Assembly (NCBI GenBank): GCA_963752385.1
Contig: CAVVYL010000044.1
Location: 192,062 to 256,061 of the forward strand
Direction of reading: 5' to 3'
Length of the DNA: 64,000 nucleotides
DNA from: an uncultured Acidimicrobiia bacterium
GTDB lineage: Bacteria > Acidobacteriota > Terriglobia > Versatilivoradales > Versatilivoraceae
Part shown: piece by piece, positions 42,944 through 52,868 of the stretch
How positions within the stretch are numbered: position 1 is the stretch's first letter
How the letters are laid out: each line of letters starts with the position of its first letter
The notes under the pieces: generated by a model
What the model saw: the letters and a program-made list of their open reading frames with translations, nothing else
What the model was told of the DNA's origin: nothing
The model's database searches: none
Made by a program: the position numbers and the translations under genes

Positions 42944-43794
42944 TGCGAATTGGGATCTTCGCAAGGACCTTTGATCGACCGTCACTCGAAGAAATACTGG
43001 ATGCCGTCAAGGCCCAAGGGCTGGAGTGTGTCCAGTTCAATATGGCCTGCGCTGGCTTGGCCAGCTTGCCTGACCGAATCGAGTCAAGACTCGCCGATCG
43101 GATCCGCACGGAAATGACGAGACGGGGAATCACGATGGCAGCCGTTTCCGGGACGTTCAACATGATCCATCCCGACTTGCGCGAGCGTCGCCACGGGCTC
43201 CAGCGTCTGCGCGTTCTGGCTTCCGCATGTCAGCAGCTTGGAACTTCGGTAGTCACGCTGTGTACGGGCTCGCGTGATCCCGAGAACATGTGGAGACGGC
43301 ACGCCGACAACGATCTGACCGAGGCGTGGAATGATTTGGTAGAGTCGATGAGTCAAGCCTTAGAAATCGCCGAAGAGAACGACGTCACGCTTGCCTTTGA
43401 GCCTGAGGTAGCCAATGTGATTGATTCAGCCGTCAAGGGGCGCCGTCTCATTGAGGAGATGAGCTCTCCCAGACTGAAGGTCGTGATGGACGGAGCCAAT
43501 CTGTTTCATGCCGGGGAACTCAAACGGCTACATGAAGTGCTGGACGAGGCATTCGAGCTTCTGGGTGACCATATTGTGATCGCCCATGCTAAGGACCTGA
43601 AGAGCGATGGAGAGGCAGGCCACGAAGCGGCAGGGACCGGTCTCCTGGATTACGACCACTACCTGCGCTTGTTGCAAGTCGCTGGCTTTGATGGACCGGT
43701 GATTCTGCACAGCCTGAGCGAAGCACAGGTGCCTGAATGTGTTGCGTTCCTTAGGCGCAAGCTAGAACTCCAAAAAAGTGCGGAATACCGTTGA
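42943..43794 (+). CDS. sugar phosphate isomerase/epimerase (xylose-isomerase-like TIM barrel)
   Basis: MRIGIFARTF...TLAFEPEV...IVIAHAKDL pattern typical of this TIM-barrel family. Start ATG overlaps the upstream stop (translational coupling). Confidence 0.8.
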   Translation: MRIGIFARTFDRPSLEEILDAVKAQGLECVQFNMACAGLASLPDRIESRLADRIRTEMTRRGITMAAVSGTFNMIHPDLRERRHGLQRLRVLASACQQLGTSVVTLCTGSRDPENMWRRHADNDLTEAWNDLVESMSQALEIAEENDVTLAFEPEVANVIDSAVKGRRLIEEMSSPRLKVVMDGANLFHAGELKRLHEVLDEAFELLGDHIVIAHAKDLKSDGEAGHEAAGTGLLDYDHYLRLLQVAGFDGPVILHSLSEAQVPECVAFLRRKLELQKSAEYR

Positions 43795-44735
43795 TGCCTT
43801 TCTTCACTCACGATGGTTTGAATTTTCACTATCTCGACAAGGGGCGTGGAACCCCGTTTGTTTTTCAACACGGCCTGGGAGGTGATGTGTCTCAGCCGTT
43901 TGGAATCTTCGCGCCGCCACCTGGTTTCCGGCTGCTAGCGTTTGACTGCCGGGCTCATGGGGAGACGAGGCCGCTTGGAGAACCAGAAAGAATAGCACTG
44001 GCATGCTTTGCCAATGACCTGCTCACATTCATGGACCACCTCGGCTTGGCAGCGGCAATTGTGGGTGGAATCTCGATGGGCGCGGCGGTTGCACTCAACT
44101 TCACTCTCCGTTTTCCACAACGGGTCTCGGGTCTGGTCCTGTCACGACCTGCGTGGTTGGACAGTCCCATGTTACGGAACGCAACCATCTACGCGCGAAT
44201 TGCCCAGTTGATCCGCAGGTATGGGCCTGAGCGTGGTCAGGAGCTCTTCCAGCAGTCAAAGGAGTACAAAGAGGTGTTGTCTGACTCACCGGATTCTGCG
44301 AATTCGTTGATCGGCCAGTTCCAGAACCCACGGGCGGCCGAAACCGTGATCAAACTGGAGCGCATTCCGAACGATTCGCCGAGTCGCGACAGACGAGAGT
44401 GGAACTCCATCCAGGTCCCCACGCTGGTGCTCGCTAGCCGGCAGGATCCTATCCATCCTTTCGAATTTGGAGAGATCCTCGCTCGCGAGATTCCCGGTGC
44501 GGAGTTCAAGGAATTGACGCCGAAATCGGTAAGCCGGGACCGTCACGCCGCAGAGGTTCAGGAGTTTGTTGGGAGTTTCTTACGACGTCGCTTATGCGGT
44601 TGCCTAGCGGGTCGTGCTGTTGCTCGCGTTCATCGTGGCCCACAACGAATTCGGGGAGCGACTTCGCATCCTGCCAAGACTTTTCGAAAGGTTGACACTA
44701 ATGCTGAAATGTTCCACATCCCTCTGGTCGGCTGA
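43791..44735 (+). CDS. alpha/beta-hydrolase fold protein (lactonase/esterase-like)
   Basis: HGLGGD (oxyanion HG motif) and nucleophile elbow GISMGA. The 3' end probably lies before 44735, since it overlaps the next gene's start. Confidence 0.65.
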   Translation: MMPFFTHDGLNFHYLDKGRGTPFVFQHGLGGDVSQPFGIFAPPPGFRLLAFDCRAHGETRPLGEPERIALACFANDLLTFMDHLGLAAAIVGGISMGAAVALNFTLRFPQRVSGLVLSRPAWLDSPMLRNATIYARIAQLIRRYGPERGQELFQQSKEYKEVLSDSPDSANSLIGQFQNPRAAETVIKLERIPNDSPSRDRREWNSIQVPTLVLASRQDPIHPFEFGEILAREIPGAEFKELTPKSVSRDRHAAEVQEFVGSFLRRRLCGCLAGRAVARVHRGPQRIRGATSHPAKTFRKVDTNAEMFHIPLVG

Positions 44736-45342
44736 TTTGGCTAATCTCGAGGCAGAGATCAAGCGAGTCGAACCGTTCTCTGAGCGCTTTCACATTGACG
44801 TTGTCGACGGACACTATGTGAAGAACTTGCTCTTTTTTCCCGACCAGGTGAAGGCTTTGCGAAAGCATACCGATCTACCGTTTGAGGTGCACTTGATGAC
44901 AAATGATCCCCTGGGTTGGCTCGAACCTTTTGTGGAGGCCGGCGCGGATGGCATTATTTTTTGCTTGGACTCTGCAAAAGACCCTGCGACCGTGCTACGC
45001 ACGATCCAATCGCTCGGGAAATACGCAGGAGTTTCTTTGCTCCTTTCCGAGTCCATCGACCTTCTTGAGCCCTACTTGGATGCTTTGGATCTTGTCACAC
45101 TTTGCGGCACGGCCATGGGCATAAAGGGTGCATCAATGGATCCGTCCGTGCCAGGCAGGATTCGCCACCTTCGGGAGATCATCAAGCAGCGCGGGTTAAA
45201 GACCGAAATTGAAGCGGATGGTGGCATTCGCCGCGAAACAGTCCCTCTGATCCATGCTGCGGGTGCCGATTACATTGTCCCTGGATCCCTCATGTTCCGC
45301 GAGGAGCCGGCGGAAATGCGAAGGTGGCTAGCCTCCCTATGA
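44701..45342 (+). CDS. ribulose-phosphate 3-epimerase family protein (ketose-phosphate 3-epimerase)
   Basis: HIDVVDGHYVKNLLF, VHLMTNDP, TAMGIKGASMD, EADGGIRRET. These match Rpe/allulose-6-P 3-epimerase conserved blocks, including the metal-binding His/Asp. Confidence 0.75.
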   Translation: MLKCSTSLWSADLANLEAEIKRVEPFSERFHIDVVDGHYVKNLLFFPDQVKALRKHTDLPFEVHLMTNDPLGWLEPFVEAGADGIIFCLDSAKDPATVLRTIQSLGKYAGVSLLLSESIDLLEPYLDALDLVTLCGTAMGIKGASMDPSVPGRIRHLREIIKQRGLKTEIEADGGIRRETVPLIHAAGADYIVPGSLMFREEPAEMRRWLASL

Positions 45343-46280
45343 AGGACGATGAGAACGATTTTGATGTCTTAGGACTGGGGGCCGTTGCGGTAGACGACTT
45401 GATTTACGTTGAATCGTACCCCCCGCCCGACAACAAGGTGCCCGTTCTCCGTCGTGAGCGTCATTGCGGCGGATTAACCGCCACCGCTCTGGTAGCGGCA
45501 GCACGGCTAGGCGCTAAGTGTTCCTACGCAGGCGTGCTTGGCTCCGACGAGCTTTCCGAGTTCGTTGTGCGAGTACTCAGGCGAGAGGCCATCGACGTTT
45601 CCCATCTGGTGCGACAGGAAGCGGCACGCCCCGTCCATTCCACCATCATTGTCGATGAAGGTCAGAAGACTCGGAATATTTTCTTTGATCTTCACGGTGT
45701 GACTGGCGCTCACGACGAGTTGCCTGAGTCCGAGACCGTCCGCAAAGCCAGGGTTCTTCTTGTAGATCACCTCGGCATCAAAGGAATGACTCGTGCTGCG
45801 GAGATTGCGCGGGAGGCAGGGGTCCCGGTGGTTGCAGATCTCGAAAACAACGAATCGCCCTACTTTGCGCACCTGCTTGGGCTGGTGGATCACCTCATTC
45901 TCTCTCGTCCATTCGCGACACGCCTTACGGGGGAAGATGAACCTGCGAAGGCTGCCAAGACACTATGGAGCCAGAATCGCAAAGTGGTGATTGTGACCTG
46001 CGGCGCCGACGGGTGCTGGTACCTCGGGGAACGGCATCTGGAATCCCCCATCCATCAACCCGCCTTTGTAGTGAAGGCCGTGGACACGACGGGATGTGGC
46101 GACGTCTTCCATGGCGCTTATGCCTGGGGCTTGGCTGGAAGTCTGGATCTTTCGTCGCGGGTACGCTTCGCCTCGGCTGCCGCAGCTCTCAAAGCCACTC
46201 AGCCGGGTGGCCAGCAGGGAATACCTTCTCGAAAGACGGTCGAAGGATTCCTAAAAGGAGAAAGAGGCAATGGCAACTAA
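45324..46280 (+). CDS. PfkB-family carbohydrate kinase (ribokinase/KdgK-like)
   Basis: N-terminal GLGAVAVDDL and C-terminal DTTGCGDVFHGAYAWGL (PfkB signature DTxGAGD). Confidence 0.8.
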   Translation: MASLPMKDDENDFDVLGLGAVAVDDLIYVESYPPPDNKVPVLRRERHCGGLTATALVAAARLGAKCSYAGVLGSDELSEFVVRVLRREAIDVSHLVRQEAARPVHSTIIVDEGQKTRNIFFDLHGVTGAHDELPESETVRKARVLLVDHLGIKGMTRAAEIAREAGVPVVADLENNESPYFAHLLGLVDHLILSRPFATRLTGEDEPAKAAKTLWSQNRKVVIVTCGADGCWYLGERHLESPIHQPAFVVKAVDTTGCGDVFHGAYAWGLAGSLDLSSRVRFASAAAALKATQPGGQQGIPSRKTVEGFLKGERGNGN

Positions 46281-47616
46281 GACTCTTGGTCAAGATTTGG
46301 AACAAGCCCTGGCCGAGGTCCCCATCATTGATATTCATACCCACCTAATCGGCGGCAAACTCGCTGCCCGAGGACTTCATGACGTCTTGCTATACCACAT
46401 GGTCATCAGTGACCTCTATGCCGCCGGGTGTCCCACCGGAAGACGTTTGACAGAGTTTCCCGGCTTCCCTACGGAACGGGAAGCCCATTCCCGGATTGAG
46501 CAAGCGTTGCCCTTTCTGCCTCACATCCAAAACACCAGTTCGTTTTGGGGCGTGCGGATCATTCTTCGTGATCTCTATGAGTGGAAAGAGCCGATCACCG
46601 CGAACAACTGGCGAAGGTTAGACAGCTTGATTCGCGAGCGGGCTGACGACAGGAACTGGCAGCATAGCATCCTGGACAGGCTGAATATTCGGCGCACAGG
46701 GACAGAGATCGCCCGCCGAGCCAAAGGTGAAGACGACGACCGATTCCAATATGCGCTGGAGTGGGCTTTTTTTACCCGGTGTCAATGGGGAGAATTCGAC
46801 ACGGCACTTTATGAATTGGAACGCTGCTGGGGACATTCTCCGGACGAAAGCCCCACCCCCATTGGAGGTGGAACGCGGCCACCTACAGAGCGAACCATCC
46901 GAACGCTTGAAGACCTGCATGCTGCCGTCGCCCACTACGTTAAGAGCATCCCTCATGACAAGGTCATTTCCACCGCAACCCATGTTTCGACAGACATCGA
47001 CTTTCGTTTCGTCAGCGAAAGCGAAATCGAGGAAGCCTTAACAAGACGTGCCGAGGCCGGACCACGAGAACGCGACATCTATGCGTCCTACGTCAACAAC
47101 GCATTCTTGAGTGCCCTCGAAGCTCACGGTGACCGGATCGTCTACCAGTTCAGTTTCGGCGCCGAGCCCCTCCCCTACGAAACAGCGAGCCGATTGTCGC
47201 AGAAGACCATTGCTCAGATGGCCGAGATCATCAGTCAGCACCCTAAGCTGCGTTTTCAGTGCTTTCTGGCTAGTCGAAGTGCGAACCAGTCACTTTGCAC
47301 TATGGTACGAGAGCTTCCGAACTTAAGCCTGGCAGGGTATTGGTGGCACAATTTTTTCCCGGATGTCATTGCCCAGGTAATGGCTGAACGCTTGGACATG
47401 GTGCCTCTCAATAGGCAGATCGGCTTTTTCTCCGATGCGTACTCCGTCGAATGGACCTACGCGAAGGTCATCTTGGTACGCAGAATAATGGCTCAAATAC
47501 TCGCCTCAAGAATCGAGCAGGGTCAATACAATCGCGATGAAGCACTCGCTATTGCCCGAGCCATTCTGTACGAGAGTCCACAATCGCTGTTGGGCATGAA
47601 ACCTCGAGAGACCTGA
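46270..47616 (+). CDS. glucuronate-isomerase-family protein (UxaC-like, amidohydrolase superfamily)
   Basis: N-terminal PIIDIHTHL (cf. UxaC PIFDYHCHL). C-terminal AGYWWHNFFPD...LNRQIGFFSDAYSVEWTYAKVILVRRIMAQIL parallels UxaC GSGWWFNDQKDG...[31 protein letters not shown]. Confidence 0.6.
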   Translation: MATKTLGQDLEQALAEVPIIDIHTHLIGGKLAARGLHDVLLYHMVISDLYAAGCPTGRRLTEFPGFPTEREAHSRIEQALPFLPHIQNTSSFWGVRIILRDLYEWKEPITANNWRRLDSLIRERADDRNWQHSILDRLNIRRTGTEIARRAKGEDDDRFQYALEWAFFTRCQWGEFDTALYELERCWGHSPDESPTPIGGGTRPPTERTIRTLEDLHAAVAHYVKSIPHDKVISTATHVSTDIDFRFVSESEIEEALTRRAEAGPRERDIYASYVNNAFLSALEAHGDRIVYQFSFGAEPLPYETASRLSQKTIAQMAEIISQHPKLRFQCFLASRSANQSLCTMVRELPNLSLAGYWWHNFFPDVIAQVMAERLDMVPLNRQIGFFSDAYSVEWTYAKVILVRRIMAQILASRIEQGQYNRDEALAIARAILYESPQSLLGMKPRET

Positions 47617-47732
47617 ATAAACCCATCATTTCATTCTTTCCGGCAAAGCAGTACATCCCACGTGTCCAAACCGAAAGCTTGTCGTCCGCGATTGCGGGCG
47701 TTGCGTACGCGGTCTTGCGAGACGCTGCCCCG

Positions 47733-48428
47733 TCAGTGTTTCAGCGGCTTCATCTTAATGTTCTTAAACCAGCAGTCTGCTCCATGGTCTTGCAAGCCGA
47801 TGTATCCGGCCCTGGGATGGTCTTTGTAAGCTATGTCAAACTTGTGCGGCGTTCCATCGGGTCGTCTGTTCGGCTCAGTCCACTGGTCGACGTTCATGTG
47901 GGTGACCTTCTCACCGTTGAGCACTACAACTAAGAGGTTCTTGTTGCTGGTAATCTCAATGTGGTTCCACTCGCCCGCTGGCTTCATGGCGTTCTTGGTA
48001 GGCTTCACCAAGTCGTAGATCGCTCCTGTGTCATGATAGCCCGCCGCAGAAGTATCATCGATGGCGATCTCGATGCCATTGAATCCAACGTCCTTGCCCG
48101 GACGCGGCTTAAGGGGAGACGTGCGCAAGAAGATGCCGCTGTTACATCCTTTGCTGATCTTGAAATCCAGTGATAGCACAAAATCGGACCATTCCTTCTC
48201 ATGGATCATCATATAACCACCGCATTTGTGCGGATTGATGCTTTCTTGCTCGACCGGTCTCTGGCTAGGTTGCCGGCTGCTAGTCATCCAGCCAGCCAGC
48301 GACTTCCCGTTGAATAGCAAGATCCAGCCGGCTTTCTTCTCCTCGGTTGTCAATTCGTTATCGGCTGCCAATCCGGCGGAGACCAATGCCGCAACGATCA
48401 CCATCATCCGTCCAACTCTCAATTTCAT
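47733..48428 (-). CDS. DUF1080 (3-keto-disaccharide-hydrolase-like jelly-roll) secreted protein
   Basis: Signal peptide MKLRVGRMMVIVAALVSAGLAA. Family blocks GWILLFNGKSL, FVLSLDFKISKGCNSGIFLR, KPAGEWNHIEI, IGLQDHGADCWFKNIKMKPL. Confidence 0.75.
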   Translation of the reverse strand: MKLRVGRMMVIVAALVSAGLAADNELTTEEKKAGWILLFNGKSLAGWMTSSRQPSQRPVEQESINPHKCGGYMMIHEKEWSDFVLSLDFKISKGCNSGIFLRTSPLKPRPGKDVGFNGIEIAIDDTSAAGYHDTGAIYDLVKPTKNAMKPAGEWNHIEITSNKNLLVVVLNGEKVTHMNVDQWTEPNRRPDGTPHKFDIAYKDHPRAGYIGLQDHGADCWFKNIKMKPLKH

Positions 48429-48853
48429 TGAGGTGCCTCCTCTTTCCGACCACAGGTTACCCATCTGACCCAGGGACGCAAGTGCAATTTCATTCTCGAT
48501 GGCTGCCTTTCTCTCACTTCCACGCTTTGTTCAAGTCGTTCGCATTCCAGGCCGAGTTCTTCAACACAGTGTATCGAACCCTTCGAATATTTGAGATGAA
48601 ACTCGTAGTCCCCGCCAGCAGGCTGGCGGTCGTATCACTCTAGCAGAGGGTTGCTTGAGCGGGGAGGAGCTGCGAGGCCCTGGACACCAATCGAATCCGG
48701 CCTGCGCCAGACCTCAAAAGAGACACATTTGCTTTGGTCCTGGACCACAGCGTAGCCGTAGGTCCTGCTGACCAGTTACATACGGGTTTGGCAGAGATCG
48801 GCGCCAGCTCGGACCTATGAATGTGGCTCTAGACTAGGGCCAGCAGCACCTTG

Positions 48854-50284
48854 CTAGGACCATAGATCTAATACGGGCTTGCCTTTGACAAGTTCTCGGG
48901 GTTGGTTGAGGTGATTGAGCACTTCCATGTCTGGGTCTATTCCCAGCGTGAAGTAAACTGTCGCGAGGAGATCATTGGGGTGCACGGGTTTTTCCTTGGG
49001 CGATGACGCTGTTTCATCCGATTGCCCATAAAGTTGCCCCCCCGGGATTCCGGCTCCCGCAATCATTGCTGTATAGCAGTAGGGCCAATGGTCGCGCCCG
49101 TCCGGAGAATTCGTATTCCCGGACGTGCTCACGCCCAGTCGCGGAGATCGGCCAAATTCACCTACGGCCACGACCAACGTCTCCTTCAGTAAACCACGCT
49201 CGTGCATGTCTTCCAGAAGCGCCGACACAGCTTTGTCCAGTACCGGACAATGGAGGTTCTTGAGTGGTTTGAAATTGGAAAAGTGAGTATCCCAGGCATC
49301 AACTTCAGGATTCCCATTTGCTACAGACGGCCAGTTCAACTGCACCAACCGAGTCCCAGCTTCAATCAGTCGCCGGGCAAGCAACGCACCTTGGCCAAAA
49401 GTTGTTCGACCGTACTTTTCGCGGAGCTTAGCGGGCTCCTTTTCTAAGTCGAAAGCATTGCGGGCTTTTCCAGAAAGCACTAAGTCGAATGCCTTCCCGT
49501 AGTATTCATCGACCGCGTAGTTACTGACGGCCTTCTCGAGATCGGGCATGGATTCATCAAAGCCTTTCAACAGGGCGAAGCGGCCCTTCAGGCGCTCGGG
49601 TGACACCTCTCTGCGTAAGGTGAAATCATCCAGGCTGATCGATTTGTTGGGATCCTGGTAGAAGCGATAAGGATCGTAAGCTTTCCCAAGAAAACCGGCC
49701 GCTCCTCCTTTGCCGATCACATTAGATTCCTGCAACGGTCGTGGCATTTCCACAAAAGGCAAGACCGGTTCATCGAGAGGAAGCAGTTTGGAGATGTGTG
49801 ACCCAGCAGTCGGGAAATCCGCCGGTGACGGGGGCTCCAACTGGCCGGAAGGTGACACCTTGCCCGGCTCATACCCGGTCAGCATTTGATAAATTGCGGC
49901 TGTGTGGTTAAAGAGCCCCACCGGTGTGTAACTCATCGAACGGATCAACGTGCACTTGTCGACTTGCTGCGCCAGCAGAGGCATCGTCTCGCTCAATTCG
50001 ATTCCAGGGACCTTGGTCTTAATAGGCTTAAATTCTCCACGGACGTTGGAAGGCGCATCTGGCTTGGGATCCCAGATGTCGATGTGACTTGGACCGCCTT
50101 GCAAGAACAGCAGAATGACATGCTTGGCTGTACCAAAACCTTTCACCCCAGCGTACTTCAGCCCAGGTGCATTCGCTCTCGCAGCCAAAGCAGGTTGCCA
50201 TGAGAGGAAGTGGGGAAGACTCAGGCCAAATAGCCCTACGGATCCGACCCGAAGAAACTCTCGCCGCGTCGGTCCATCACACAT
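48854..50284 (-). CDS. DUF1501 domain protein (sulfatase-like fold) with TAT signal
   Basis: TRREFLRVGSVGLFGLSL TAT motif. 475 aa conserved DUF1501 architecture. Last gene of a four-gene minus-strand operon. Confidence 0.85.
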   Translation of the reverse strand: MCDGPTRREFLRVGSVGLFGLSLPHFLSWQPALAARANAPGLKYAGVKGFGTAKHVILLFLQGGPSHIDIWDPKPDAPSNVRGEFKPIKTKVPGIELSETMPLLAQQVDKCTLIRSMSYTPVGLFNHTAAIYQMLTGYEPGKVSPSGQLEPPSPADFPTAGSHISKLLPLDEPVLPFVEMPRPLQESNVIGKGGAAGFLGKAYDPYRFYQDPNKSISLDDFTLRREVSPERLKGRFALLKGFDESMPDLEKAVSNYAVDEYYGKAFDLVLSGKARNAFDLEKEPAKLREKYGRTTFGQGALLARRLIEAGTRLVQLNWPSVANGNPEVDAWDTHFSNFKPLKNLHCPVLDKAVSALLEDMHERGLLKETLVVAVGEFGRSPRLGVSTSGNTNSPDGRDHWPYCYTAMIAGAGIPGGQLYGQSDETASSPKEKPVHPNDLLATVYFTLGIDPDMEVLNHLNQPRELVKGKPVLDLWS

Positions 50285-50377
50285 TCGTCCGCATCGACCG
50301 GGAATAACTAACATGGTTCTTACCTCCTCAAATGAATCTCTGCCCGGCTATCGAGCTGCAAGACAGCCGGTGTGCAC

Positions 50378-52864
50378 TCAATGATTGAACAGGAATGCCT
50401 TCTGATTCAGCATGGCCCAAAGTATATCTTGTGCCCCAGACGTCCGGCTGTCCGACCTCTTCAAATGATCCAATGCCAGATCGTACTCCTTTGAAGTCGC
50501 CGGTCGGTTCAACCCTCCCAGGTAGAGCTGGTCGATTAGCTCACGGTCCGAGCTTCCCTTGAGAATCAACTTGGCCACACGGCCCTCCGGCGCTCCGATC
50601 GCATCAGCCAGAAGCGGCCCGTTCACGAGGTTCAGGGCATGCGGGAGGCTCATGTCATTGCGTCGTTCGCACTCACAAGGTTCTTCGCGCTGTGGACGCC
50701 CAAACAAATTGAGGAACCCACCCATTTCGACGTGAGGGTCGGGGAGTTCGCCGGCTCGAAAATCCTCTGGAACCTCGGGAAACTTGAACTTCGACCCCGT
50801 GGCAGTCGAGATGGCATCCGCGAGCTGTTCCGCTGAGAGCCGGCGAGGAAGCTGATGAGAAAAGTTAGCCAGATCATCGGCGTTCCACTCGTTGGTTCGG
50901 AATGACGACTGATAGGCCCGCGAATTGGTGATGGTCCTGATCACGTGCTTTAAGTCAAATCCATGATCCGTAAAGTCTCTGGCCAATGCATTCAACAGCG
51001 GTTCATTGACCGGCGGATTGGACGCACGAACATCGTCTACCGGCTCGATTATTCCTCGCCCAAAGAAGTAACTCCACACGCGGTTCACAATGGCCCGGGC
51101 AAAGAACGGATTGTTTTTCGAGGTTAGCCAATCCACCAGCGCGGTTCGTTGATCCGCCTGTTTTGCGGCTGGCAGCGGGGGCGTGCCCAAACTGGCGACC
51201 AGGTATTGCGGTTCGACGATCTGCCCATTCTTGGGATGTTTCACTTCGTTGTCTATTCGCCTGAGGTAAACGATTTCTTCGCCGCTTTCAAAACCGGGCC
51301 TTACACCCACCGCAGCAAAGAATGCCGACATCTGATAGTACTGATTCTGGGTCCATCGCTCAAAGGGATGATCATGACACTGCGCGCAGACCATGCGGAT
51401 TCCCAGAAATAGCTGAGTCGTTGTTTCCATGGCATGCTTGGCATCACGGGTTGCCAGGAAAAAATTGGCTGCCGGATTCTCAGTGGTGCTGCCTTTTGCA
51501 GTCAGAAGCTCTCGCACAAGCCGATCGTAGGGTTTGTTGTCAGCCATAGACTGGCGCAACCACTCCCGGAATGCCCACATGCTCCGGTCACTCATATATT
51601 TCCGGTTGCTACGCAACAGGTCGCCCCATTTGAGAGTCCAGTAGTCCACGTAGGAACTGCTACCAAGCAGTTCATCGATCACTTTGCTTCGTTTGGCGCG
51701 AGACTCGGCGCGATCTGCCAGAAACGCATTGACCGTCTCTGCCTTCGGTATTTGCCCCGTAAGGTCTAAATAGACTCGACGGAGGAACTCAGCGTCACTA
51801 GCTAGGGCTGAAGGTTGGATCTTGATCCGCTTGAGTTTGGCATCAATCAACTCATCGATAAAGTTATGCTGAGGCTGCTGTGTCCACTGGAACCCGGTCT
51901 TGGGATCGAGCACCGTAATTGGCACGCGAGCAAATTGCCCTTCGTAGCGGACCAACAGAGTAGCCTCACCCTTTCGAAGACCTTGCACGGTAGCGTGTTC
52001 ATCGACTGAAACCGCTTCTGTATTGCTGCTCGCCAAGTGCGCTTCTCGGGTTACGTCACGGCAAGCGTTATCACTATAGTGCGCCCTGACCACGACGTCC
52101 TGCCGCCGGCCCGGACCATGCATGAAGATTTCCTCTGGGAGCACTTCCAGCTTTACCACTTTGTCCGATACCGGGTCGCCGAACGGCGCACCAGAAGAGA
52201 TCCAGTTGAGAATCAGGTTGTAATAGCGGGACCCGATTTCGATCCTCAGTCCACCGCCGTGGGCAACCTGCTGAGTTGGCTTGGCCAGCATCAAGCTGCG
52301 CGCAGGATTGGCGCGATTGAATCGCCGTCCCGACATGTCGTACAGCAGGGCGTGATAGTCGAATTCAGGATCGTATCCACGTAGTGAAAGCTTAAAACCA
52401 TTCTTACCCTTAGCAGCCCCATGACAGGTGCCTTGTGTGCAACCGATCTTATTCAGGGCAGGCAGTACCTCGCGCAGGAAGGTGACTTGAGTTGGCCTCT
52501 CCGTAGCCTTTACGATGACAGGAACGGATACGCTCCGCCCAGCGGCGCTGACCAAGACTTTCGTTTCCCCGGCTCTGAGAGCTTGAAGAAATCCGTCGTC
52601 GCCGATTTTCACCACATCATCCTGTGACTCGATTCTGGCAGCGTGACCCAGATCTAGCCTTTCTCCCGTATCTGCAATTCCCAACACGAGAACTTTCTGG
52701 GCTTCGTTTGGTGACGAAAAAAGGATCGGAGACGGTTGAACAACCAGTTCTGTGATCTTAGCCTCCACCGGCTTCCGATCGCCTTTACTGATCTCACCCC
52801 AGCTGCTTCTTACTGGCACAAGAACCAAGACCACGAGGCCTATCAGGACTGTCCTGCGCATCAC
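50378..52864 (-). CDS. DUF1549/DUF1553 (PSCyt2 + PSD1) protein with N-terminal Ig-like domain
   Basis: CTQGTCHGAAKGKNGFKLSLRG (PSCyt2 motif), then a long DUF1553-type C-terminus. Start ATG 52864 preceded by GGGAGG. Abuts the stop of the upstream gene. Confidence 0.85.
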   Translation of the reverse strand: MMRRTVLIGLVVLVLVPVRSSWGEISKGDRKPVEAKITELVVQPSPILFSSPNEAQKVLVLGIADTGERLDLGHAARIESQDDVVKIGDDGFLQALRAGETKVLVSAAGRSVSVPVIVKATERPTQVTFLREVLPALNKIGCTQGTCHGAAKGKNGFKLSLRGYDPEFDYHALLYDMSGRRFNRANPARSLMLAKPTQQVAHGGGLRIEIGSRYYNLILNWISSGAPFGDPVSDKVVKLEVLPEEIFMHGPGRRQDVVVRAHYSDNACRDVTREAHLASSNTEAVSVDEHATVQGLRKGEATLLVRYEGQFARVPITVLDPKTGFQWTQQPQHNFIDELIDAKLKRIKIQPSALASDAEFLRRVYLDLTGQIPKAETVNAFLADRAESRAKRSKVIDELLGSSSYVDYWTLKWGDLLRSNRKYMSDRSMWAFREWLRQSMADNKPYDRLVRELLTAKGSTTENPAANFFLATRDAKHAMETTTQLFLGIRMVCAQCHDHPFERWTQNQYYQMSAFFAAVGVRPGFESGEEIVYLRRIDNEVKHPKNGQIVEPQYLVASLGTPPLPAAKQADQRTALVDWLTSKNNPFFARAIVNRVWSYFFGRGIIEPVDDVRASNPPVNEPLLNALARDFTDHGFDLKHVIRTITNSRAYQSSFRTNEWNADDLANFSHQLPRRLSAEQLADAISTATGSKFKFPEVPEDFRAGELPDPHVEMGGFLNLFGRPQREEPCECERRNDMSLPHALNLVNGPLLADAIGAPEGRVAKLILKGSSDRELIDQLYLGGLNRPATSKEYDLALDHLKRSDSRTSGAQDILWAMLNQKAFLFNH

Positions 52865-52868
52865 AAAC

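Noticed and set aside
44101-44546. Minus-strand ORFs (76-90 aa) inside the alpha/beta-hydrolase and Rpe genes
   Set aside because: Embedded antisense ORFs without motifs. The plus-strand genes have strong family signatures.
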